NCBI GenBank assembly: GCA_023213395.1
Contig: CM041465.1
Span: 154,573,741 to 154,637,740 of the forward strand
Direction of reading: 5' to 3'
DNA: 64,000 bases
From: Cycas panzhihuaensis
Lineage: Eukaryota > Plantae > Cycadophyta
Position numbers and translations under genes: made by a program. Below, one piece after another: positions 53,500 to 64,000 of the stretch; position 1 is the first letter of the stretch; each line of letters begins with the position of its first letter. The notes below the pieces were generated by a model. The model searched no databases. It saw only the letters and a program-made list of their open reading frames with translations, and was not told where the DNA came from.

Positions 53500-55390
53500 A
53501 CAAATAAGAAGGATGACAATTGGTAAGGATAAGGTTGTGAGAACTTATAGAGCAACACTCTTTAGGAGGATCATAAGTTAGTCAAGTATTAAGATGTATA
53601 TATAAATATAGATGGTAGTTTACCCTCGTTTTGAAACAAAGGATTCATTATTAGGAATGGATATAACTACTATAGTTTAAACTCATTAGTATATGGATTT
53701 TCAGAGTTGTAGTTTATCCTTTTTATGAAGAAAAGGGTCTTTTGTTGAGAATGGATATGACTACCATAATTTATACTCCTTAGTAGATGGGTTTTTATAG
53801 TTATAGTTTATTCTCATTGTGGAGAGAAAAATTTATTAAGTACATATCTTAGTCGAAATGAAAATTATATTTTGACTCATATACAAGAAAACAACATGTC
53901 CCTAAATCAGGATAGGAATGATGGCATTCAATTATATGGAAGACAAGGAAGTTGGCTTCAACATTTTAGGTTCTTGAAAGTGTTGTATTGTAATAATTAA
54001 GAATTGTACTAATAGGATAGTAATATTATCAAGTAAAGAACATAAATAGCTTGAATGAGTTTGATAAAAAAGAGTGAGTTGATGTACTATAGTTTGAGAA
54101 TTTGAAAATAGGTTGATAGGTTTATTATGAAGTTAAGGATGTTAGTAAGAGCTTCCATAATGACTAGACACTCGACTTCATTATTAGTTGCTTATGAGAT
54201 AAAAAATCTAACACTAGTAAAGATAGTTCCCCTATGACCATGGATAAGCCATGTTATAGTAAAGGCTCTTAGGTTCCCTTAGCTCCTACAATTAGTATAG
54301 ATGTCTAAGGAAATAATAGGGAAGAATACAAACTTAGAGATAAGTTGATGAATGAGGGGAAGGTGCAAGAATTAACTGTTGAGGGTGTAACTTAGTTTTA
54401 ATGTAGATAGGGGCTCCATGGTTTGGTTTAATCATTATAACTATCTTTTCCCAAGTTAATATATAACCATCTAAGTGTCAAACAGGTTTTGATCATAATT
54501 GAGATTAAGATAGGCCCAAACTATTAAATCCAAAGCTCTTATATGATGCACCTAATTAGATATAAATTTCATGTTATTGAAGTTGATACACAACTTACCC
54601 CAAATACAAAGAAGATGCTAATAATTACATATATAAATATACATGATTTTTTCTTTTGTTTTTTCTTAAGGAAGGATGTCGATCCATATAACAGTTCAAA
54701 TGATGGTCACGGTGAACTTAGCACCACTAAACCCACTTTTTAAATAACTCATCTTATTTACCCTTATACTTATTAGGGAACATGTGACTATGACTATCAT
54801 GTGATCTTCATCAAGTTGCGGTTGATGGGGATGATTAGTAACTTAGAAGAGTATAGTTATAATTATCCAAACCATGGGGGATTAGTATATAGGGAGATAT
54901 AGGTGATAGGAAGACTAAAGTCATACCCTTAAGAGAAGAACTATCGATATTTATAAGATGCTTGATCAGAGTGTCTCTAGGGGATAGAGGGGGAGGTCTT
55001 AAATAACTAAATATCAAAGGAGTAGAAGGGATATTACTAATAAGGTTTGCTTTAGTACTAGGTACCCAATGAACCATAAGAGGAAGAAGGACTAGATAAA
55101 GTCACTTACATAGGTAAATTTTTAATTGATTAGAAGACTTACGGATTATAAAGAGTAGATGAGGAGTCTAGTGAATATTTAACTCATCAATTGACTAGGG
55201 GTTTAAAGAATATTTAGGTTGTTAAAAGTGTAGGGAGAGTTGTTGAGTAGTTTGAAGGAGACAAGAATGAGTAGTAACACCACAAATATCTATGACATGA
55301 TCTAAGGTAAAAGAAGTTAATTTGGTATCGTAAAATACCAAATGGAGAAGTTGACTAGTTGCGCCAACAACTGAGGATCATCATATCAAT
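53500..55390 (-). pseudogene. Extra ORF remnant downstream of F pol (env-like position), product unknown
   Basis: One frame runs from ~55320 through ORF 54835-55077, broken only by single TAA/TAG/TGA codons. Further protein-like stretches follow (FHIIECHHSYPDLGTCCFLVYESKYNFHF near 53850-53940). Confidence 0.45.
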
Positions 55391-55668
55391 CTAAGTTAGG
55401 AAAAGACAAAAGCTAAGAGGTCTTTGAATAAAGGGAATAATGCAAGTATATATTTTTTATTATTTTATTATTTTAATATCTTTTTGTATACTATTTTTTT
55501 GGGTAATAAGGCATATACATTTAGTTTATACTTCCCTTCAAAGTGGTCCCCCCCCCCCCCCCAACAATACAACTCTTGGGGGCAATGAAATATTCAACCT
55601 GCCATAGTTTAGGATTACTAGTAGGAGAGTTTTTTAGAGTTATATTTTATACTCATTACATAGTAGTA

Positions 55669-58600
55669 TTAGGCATAATACTTTCTCAAAAATTAGGAAT
55701 TAACAAGTTTTAGAACTCGATTCCATGAAGGGTAGAGAGATGATATGCTCCATTATTTAGTTCTTTAATAATTAAATAGGGGCCTACCCATTTGGAATCA
55801 AATTTTTATTATTTCTCATATAGATATTTAAGTTTAAGTACTTTGTCTCCTACATAAAATTTACTTTGGTCTGAAGTGTTGATTATGAGCTACTTGAGCA
55901 TGATGTTTTGAGGCCAAGTTCTTTTCATATGCATCGAGATGGGTTTTATCCATCATTTTGAGTTCTAAAAGTCTAACTTACCTTAACCATTCTTCATCAA
56001 TGAAGTGTTTAAGTGAGATCTTAAGTAAGAGGATATATATTTCTAATAGGATTACAACTTCATTTCCATAACTAATGATAGAGAGGTCATCCCTGTTACT
56101 ATCCTAATTGAAGTATGATAAACCCATAAGGAAAGAAAAAGTTGAGTATGTTAATCTTATTAGGAGTTGGCAATTATTTTTAGCTAAGATCCTTGTTAAT
56201 GATTTGTTAAAAGCTTCAATTTGGCCATTAGCTTGTGGATAATAAGGGGATGGTGTTCTATAAGTAATATGAAATTGATTACAAAGTTCATCAATTTGAG
56301 AATTATAAAATAGAGATCCATTATCTATAATGATAATATTAGGGACTCCAAATCAATAGATGATGTATTAAAAGATAAAAGTGGAAACCACTTTTTAATG
56401 GTGTTAGTCAAAGGGATTTCCTTACTCTAATTCATGAAATACTCATTTACAATCAAAATGAATTTGTACTTAGTAGAAGATGGGGGATAAATTTGGCTAA
56501 TAAAGTTAAGGCCCTATTAAGAGAATGGCTAAGGGATAAGGATTAATTTAAGTGATATGGGTAGTTGATGGATTAAAGAGGAATGTGCTTGGTATTTTTT
56601 ACACTTCTACACATATGAATATGCATCTTTAAATAAGGATGACCAATAATAATATATTTAAAGGATTTTTAGGGCTATTGACTGACCACTGAAATGACCA
56701 CCATAAATGCCATCATGGTATTGAACCAAAGTAACTTTGGCCTTTGAAGGTGAGAGACATCTTAGTAGGGTTCTATCAAATGATAGTTTGTATAATACAT
56801 CATCCAAGAGAAGGCATTGGTGAGAAGATGCCCTTATTCTCTTTTACTTCTTAGAATTGAATTTAGAGGGATAAGTTTAATCTGAGAGATAAACTCGAAT
56901 GTTGTCATACTAATTGTGATTAATAGGGACAGTGACAACTTATAGGATATATTTATCTAGGAGTAGGTCATTGAAATTGGTGGAATTATTATTGATAAGT
57001 CATGTTGTAGTTAGTTATTCAACGACAACCATTTCCCTTTTTGGGTTTTGATTAGCTACCCTTAAGACAAATTCTTATAGTAGAAGAGCCCACTTACTGG
57101 CTCATCTTGTTAAGTCCATCTTGGTGAGTAGTAGATGAATTAGATTAGACTAGGCAATGATAAGAGTAGTATTACCAAGCAAGTAATGTCTTAAGTTTTT
57201 GGTAGTATAAACCAAGGATAAACACTCTTTTTTAAAAGAGGAATAGTTAAGATTAAAAACTATCAAAGTGCAACTAATGAAGTAAATACCTCATTCTTTG
57301 AAAAATTCTTAGCTAACATGAACCCAAAGATTCTTCCATGAAGGAAGTATAGAGTATAAATAACCTAAAATGGGGTGGGGTAAGGATAGAATCCAAGATA
57401 AGGGCTTGTTTGAGCTTATCAAAAGATTCTTATGTTATTGAGGTCTATTTATTAGGGACATTTTTCTTGACAGGGTTGATTAGAGGTTTGGCGTTTAGGG
57501 AAAAGATAGCAAGGAAATATCATAAAAAGCCAAGTCTAACCAAGAAGGATTTAACTTGTTTCTAAGTACATGGTAGTGGCACATCAATAATTGCTATGAC
57601 TTGATCTCGATCTACCCTAATACCATCCTAAAAAATAATATTATCAAGCATCTTCTAGAGGTGACTATAAAAACACACTTGTTGGGGTTAAAACAAAGTT
57701 GGTATTTTTGATATCATTTAAAAATGCTTATTAGGTCATGAATGTGATCCTCTCAATGACATGATATAGATAACATATCATCAAGATATATTGCTATAGT
57801 GTGTCCCAATAAATCCTAAAAGATAAAAACTATGAACCACTTGTAAGTTGCATTAGTATTTTTCTAACCAAAGTGCATAACTTTATAAAGAAATATAACT
57901 CAAGAGGTAGTGTAGGTAGTCTTATGGTGGTTTCTAGGAGAGATAAGTATTTGGTCATAGTCTAAGAAACCATCCATAAGGGACATTACCTCAAATCCAA
58001 TAGTCTAATCCTATATTTATTTAATGAAAGCAAATAGAAAATTATATTTGGGATAAGAGTCATTTACGTCATGAAAGTCGATGAAAATGTGAATAGAGCC
58101 ATTCCTTTTTCTAACAGAGATGATGTTGGATACCCACTAATAATAATTAATTAATTCAATAAATCTTGTCTTAAGAAGTTTTTTCACTTATGGATGGGCC
58201 TCTACTTTTGATGTTTGAGTTTGGCTCCTGGTATAATAGTGATATTATGAACCATAATGTCAGGGTAAAGGCCCCTTATATTAGAATAGTCTCATGCAAA
58301 AATAGAGAAAAACTCGATAAAGAGGTTGTGTAATTATTCAACTTTAGAAGGGGAATAGCTAGCATCAACCTTGATTAATTTGGGCTCCTCCTAACTCCTT
58401 AGGTTAATATCAATAGTATCCTTGATTAACATGGTGTTTCCTTCTTCAAAATAACATGGAGTTGGATGGAGAGCTAGTGAAGGAGGGGCAATTTAATGGT
58501 CATCAGTAGACGAGGACAAATCTAAGTGGATACATTTGGTAAAACCTAGTTTATGATGATTAGGTAGTGAATTATGAGACAAACTCACCAAATATTCAAG

Positions 58601-61250
58601 AATTGCCTCATCATTCTTGAAATGGTCTAGATAGAGGATGGTCTTTGGGAGAGAATGGGTGTTAGAAACAAGAGTGTGAGAGAGTTTATCTATGGCTATT
58701 AATTGGGTTAATGAAGAAATCCATTCAAAAGGAATAACATCCATAAGAGAGGGTGTTGTTTATAAAGGGAGTCTTTGAATATGGAAGCTCTAATCAAGTT
58801 ATGCTAGTATATCAAAATGAGATGGTATATTCAATTAAGGTGTACCATAATTAGGTAAGTCAAATATCAAATGTAGGATATATACTAACTCATATTCTTT
58901 TTACTTAAAAGGAGAAGTATCTTGTAGAAAACTAATAGTAATTATATAGATTAGTTTAACTTCCTCGTGATCACATTGGAACTAAACTCAATGTCAAAAT
59001 ATTAACCAAACCCTAATGAGATAAAAGTCGATAAAGACTCTCTCTCTTCTTGAATGGTTTTGACCAATTGAATAAATTTTTGTATAAGTTTATTCTTTCA
59101 TTAGATGAATTTAAGCTCTCCCTCATGGATAAATTTGAGTTCACTAAAGAGTGAAAAGCATATGACTAGTATTTGGCTAATCTTGGGTCAACTAAGGAGC
59201 ATGTTGAATTCAAAATTGAAGTCAATGATGGTGACTTTAGCCATGAGGGTCTTACTTACTAAAGTAAGAGGGAGAGTTACTTCACTTATTGGGAATTTCT
59301 AGTTTTTATCAAAGCCTTAACAAACCCTATCAACTAGTTCACAAGATGAAATTTCTAAATCTTCCAAGAGATGTAGTGGTATCACATTGATAGAAGACCC
59401 TTCGTCTACTACACACCTCTTAATTTTGATGTCATCTTTTATTATTTTAATGTAAAATGGGGTGGTGTCATTGTGACTTTTCTTTTCTTCATTATATAAA
59501 AGACTAAGATCAAAGACCATGATAGGGTTTCTAGGAGAACTAGGTCTAGGAACCCTAGGTTCTCTAAAAGGAGTTGCCTTTGATCAAGGCAACTTTTTAA
59601 AAGATCCATGAACAAAATTCTAGTGGGGATGGTCTTCAACTCTTCCACAAGTGAAAATGATCATTCTTTAGTGAGTTATGGGATAGACCTAAAATGAATA
59701 GGCCTCATATATAATTAAGGGGGTGAATCTGAGGACTTATCCTTAGTTAGAATGTTGGAGCCATGGGATTTGGTTAAGGTAGAAGCTTTGTAGGCTTCTA
59801 TCATGTTGATAGTTTTCTTGGGCTCTTCTTTATTTTTAGGTAATTTATTTTAAGGAATTTTCTTTTTTTTTTGTTAAATTTGTTATAGGGGGATCCTTTA
59901 AATATTTGTTTAGACTATAAGTCTAAGGAGTCTTAATCGTCTTAAATTTTAACCTTGCCTTTATCCTGAGACTCTTTCTTGGGATGGTCAATTGATGGGT
60001 CTTTATGAATCAATTATTCTTAATTAGGTTTAGAAGTGGGTTTTTCATTAACTTAACCATGTCTAAGGATGGATTTAAGTTTATTACATTGCTCACAATT
60101 ATAAGTATTAGTTTGGTGGTAAGTGTAGCATGGTATCTTCTTAGGAGGAATAATAATTAGGGGTTGGTCCTTCTTTTGTTCAATAAATTATATGATTTTA
60201 TGTTCCTTTTAGTCTCAGGATTGGGATTAAGATCCACTTATAGCTTTGTATTAATTAACCTTTCTAATACTCGAATGGAAGATATAAGATAATCATAGGT
60301 ACAATCACCTTAAGGACATTTGAGTTCTATTGATGAGGTAGGTTTATCTTTGGAAGTGGATGATTTAGATAGTTTTTTAATTCCTACTTGTATCTCAAAA
60401 GCTTAAAAAGTAAGGTATTTTTCAATAGAATCTTCATATGATGTAGTTATTAGTTTGAGGACCTAAAGATGGACTTGATATCATAGGGCACTAGTAAATA
60501 AGCTACAAAGTAGACCATCATATAAAGAGGCATGAGGGGCATGAACTAGGTCCTAAAAACATCGAACAAAGTTGCATTAAAACTCCATTGCTCCTTGCTT
60601 GATGGATGATAAAGATTTGATCCCCATATTAAAGGGATGAGTAACATTAAAGTAATTAATAAATGTATCTACCAATTGTTAAAAGGAGTAAATAGTTATA
60701 GGTATTAATTAATAGAACCATTTTAAAGGACCTCAGAATAAACAAGGTTGAGACGCTAACACATGGTCTCCCTTTTCTTAGGTAATGATGTATAAGATAA
60801 CATGGACATGGGAAAAAGGGACTAAATCTTAAAGGGATGTGTCATAGTAGGAAGGGGATGTGTTATGAATACTTCATATCCCTCATTATCAGATAAGGGT
60901 CCCTCATATTCTACAAGATGAGTAAAAGAGGGGATGACATTACCTTTAGAAGAGGCATTTCTAAAGGGGCGAAGTGTTTCTCTAATAGGGACTTTATATA
61001 AGAGAGGTTCTTCATATTCAAAAGGATGATGAATATTTTAAATTTTAAAAGGAATATCAATATCAGTGATCGAGGACTTATAACCTTCACAAAGTGGAAG
61101 GTTTAAAGGAAGAGAGGATATTTATAGGTCTTTGGGTGAAAGCCTAAGAAGTCTTTGAGATCACTTAGGATAAGTATATAAAGGATCCACTAAGGATATG
61201 AGCAAAATATAAAAGATGTGGATAAAATAGGATTTAAAGGTAAAGAAGGA
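55669..61250 (-). pseudogene. F gag-pol remnant
   Basis: WFY.LIP..IYSF.QL...FI (gag ~60700), IKRCVVDEGSSINVIP (protease), RT ~57400-58200, PYYPQANGQIEAFNK (integrase), ends FLRKYYA*. Confidence 0.9.
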
Positions 61251-61352
61251 TATTCTGAAAGTGAAAACTAAGATATAAAAGGAAAGAGGTATCTGGATTA
61301 TGTAAGAGTAGTTAGAAAGTTTTAGCAACTTCCCTAGAATGGTTGCCAAGAA

Positions 61353-62066
61353 TGGTTCTAAGAAACTAGACCAAGTCACTCAAGGGAATATGAGATTGGT
61401 AAAATTAAGATTCGGTAGGTGAAAACCTAAGTGATAATTTAAAGGGAACCTTTAACCCTACTTTTAATGAGAAGGGATGATTCTCTAGGGGTGTGTTGGA
61501 TACATAAATATGACTATTACAATATTGTTATAGTTGGTGAAAATTTATGTTAAAATAAGAAATTAAATAAGATAAAAAAATATATTAAGAAATAAATACA
61601 TTAAATAAATTAATCTAATAAAATCCCTTTTTATTAGGAAGGAAGCACATAACCTATCAATGAATAAGAAGGTTATTGAGGGAACCTTATCCTTGAATAA
61701 ATGTCCTAAGGTTTCCTATTTATCTACCATTCCCAAGGTTTTTCTAGAGAGGAAAAATCCTATCCTAGACTATTACCCCACCCAAAATGTTAAATTCTAT
61801 ATCATGCTAAGCTAAAGAAAGGAAGGACTAATGAGTGTAAGGATCTAAGAGATCTCGAACCCTAGATTAATGACCCAATCACCTAGTGATGATTCACCTT
61901 TGAGGATGGATAGCCCAAGGATGCCTTTGTTTGATTCTAAGGGATTCCTATGCTTAATGGTCAAGATAGATAAAGAGGAAGCCACTGTCAACCTAAAATA
62001 TATTGGTAATATAATGTTCTTAATGTTTAAAATATGGATGGAGAATAATAATCCCAAAAAAGGGGT
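61353..62066 (-). repeat. PBS-proximal part of the 5' LTR of F
   Basis: Matches 44003-44745. Confidence 0.88.
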
Positions 62067-63897
62067 TATTTATATGCTAGTGAAGCTAGATCCCTATAAC
62101 TTAACCCTATTTTTCCTAAGCACTAACAAGCAAGAATCGCCAAAGGGTTAAGGATTGATGTTAGTTATTAAGATTTATGCATGAGCCACTAAGCCCTTTA
62201 ATAAGATGTAAGGCCTCTAGGGCCACTAATACGATCACAGGAAGAAGACTCCTATATGTCTATTTACAGGGTTAAATATCACTTATAAAGTGTTGTTAAG
62301 AATTATTATCTTTTGAAGAGAAAGTACTTTGGAACTCCCTTTAGCATTTAATTTCTTTGTGATCTATTTACATATTTTATTCTCATTAAGGTAAATTTGG
62401 CTTTTATTTTTATTGAGTTCTATTTACAAGGTTAATTTTTTAAAAGGAAATACTCCAAGTGGTATTAGACCTAAGTTCATGATTGTGGGAAGCTATTCAA
62501 TGGGCAAAAAAATTAAGATTTTTTTTCTACTAATCAAGTACTTTGTCTACTTAAGTAGAGATCTAGAAATACCTGCATTTAGTACTCTCTCTATGAAGAT
62601 TAAGGAATAGAATCAATACCACTCAGGAGTCATGAGGAAAAGGAAATTTCTTCCCTTAGGCAATGCCTAACACTTCAATTTTTTCCTATATATTCACTTT
62701 TTGTTTAATTTATTTATTTCAATTTCTATTCTAGAGTTGTCAGTCTAAGGGTAGATAACACTACTTGGTGACTACCCTTTCTCCCTCCTACACCTTGTTC
62801 CTAGGTAGATGACTCTATATGACAACAATCTAAGTAGTTAGGTAAAGACCCTATATTAAGGGTCTTTAAACATCAAAGGGATCTATTATTTTGGCTAAGT
62901 GTATCATGGATTCTCTACCCTTTATGTGAAATATTGGAGATAACACTCCTCAACTAAGCCCTAAATAGAACCTAGCTATAGAATTATGCCTTTATGTAAC
63001 TTCAGGTATAGAGGAAGACCCTTATAGGTTATGGATCCTTCCTAGCATAGGCAACCTACTAGTAAATGAAGTCATGTAGTGCAATGGTTAACATTTAGTG
63101 CCATAAAGCTACCTACCTTGAACTTTAGCATAAAAAGTTTATTAACAAGCCTACAAGACCAAGTACACCTCATCTAATGGTTACTAGTACACCTTGTATT
63201 ACTTACATCCTACTTCATATGCTCCACTTTTTTATTGAGATCTTAAGACACAACATTTAAAAAAAAAGTAAAACAAGGGATTACATCCTAGTCTGCAAGG
63301 AATTTTAATTCCTGAAACACTAGTTGAATTTAGAAACTACTAGTGAAGTTAAACTTATAGTATAAAAAGAAATATTTACAATTAAAAATTTTCATTAGAA
63401 TTAATACACCTCATTTCAATTAGCATGTTGCACTAGTCATTTTGTACTAGGTTAGTTTTTGCAGATAATTTTTATGTTTATTAGTATCTAGGTTACCAAT
63501 GGGCCCTACCACCTCAAACTCACCCTTATATCTTTTGTACCCCATTTTGATAAGATTTTCACACTCATCCAAGTAGGCTAGGTGTCCTGTTTTTATAGTT
63601 TTTAGGGTCAACAGGCTGTAGACACCCCATATCTCCCTCTTTTCCCCCTTCTCTTCATTGTAATAACTCCTTAGTTCTTCAATCTTGTTCTTTCTTAATC
63701 TATCTCACTTCATCCATTTCCCTTCCTTTTACTCACTCCCACTTCTTTAAGCCCCTTCTATAGTTCTAGTGGAAAAAACATAAGGAGAGAAAATTGTTGA
63801 ATTGAACAACAACTTAAACAACTTTAAATAAGAGGTCACTAATAGATTTAATAGCATCCTTATATAATTAGATCTTAATGGTACCAAAATAAAGCTT

Positions 63898-63940
<43 letters not shown>

Positions 63941-64000
63941 AGTAGCTACAACAACCTTAACTCTAAAGAATAGGGACTTCTAATATGATGGGTAATACAA
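62067..64000 (+). mobile_element. 5' end of chromovirus G3 (relative of G2): LTR, PBS, leader, start of gag
   Basis: LTR ~62067-62457 with weak similarity to the G2 LTR. PBS TGGTATTAGACC at 62460-62471. The leader aligns with G2 23300-23800 and 31870-32130. TTAGATCTTAAT also occurs at the G2 gag start. Confidence 0.72.
63901..63938. repeat. (AT)19 microsatellite
   Basis: Perfect AT dinucleotide run. Confidence 0.98.

Larger units (their letters stand above)
44003..62066 (-). mobile_element. Large Ty3/Gypsy element F (Tat/Ogre-like), inserted in the 3' LTR of G2; its 5' LTR is interrupted by G3
   Basis: Direct repeat 44003-~44745 versus 61353-~62064. PBS on the minus strand TGGCAACCATTCTAGGGA (61331-61348, tRNA-Arg-like). 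gag-PR-RT-RH-INT on the minus strand with KWALLL*EF, a Tat/Ogre-type RNase H end. Confidence 0.85.

Overview
AT-rich eukaryotic DNA made almost entirely of old, nested, decayed plant LTR retrotransposons. A large-genome plant such as a gymnosperm is likely (inference). I see no intact host gene, RNA gene or CRISPR array, and the listed ORFs are fragments of retroelement frames or spurious. Reconstructed layout: Copia A (-, ~975-15344) contains Copia B (+, 4633-11841). Gypsy fragment G1 (+, ~16370-22700) contains Copia C (-, 17827-22460). Chromovirus G2 (+, ~22715-44002+) contains Copia D (+, 23977-31537), Copia E (-, 34760-42016, same family as B) and, inside its 3' LTR, a large Tat/Ogre-like Gypsy F (-, 44003 to beyond 62066). 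F contains a probable solo LTR H (~49824-53082) and the 5' end of chromovirus G3 (+, ~62067 to the window end). Most interesting observations: (1) F appears to have a ~6 kb LTR carrying a plant-mobile-domain (PMD) pseudogene, a divergent second ORF and arrays of a decayed AAAAACGTGAC motif; (2) F has an extra ORF remnant after pol; (3) a ~440 nt module just upstream of gag is shared by two Copia families whose LTRs and gag differ. Coordinates were read by eye and some are approximate.
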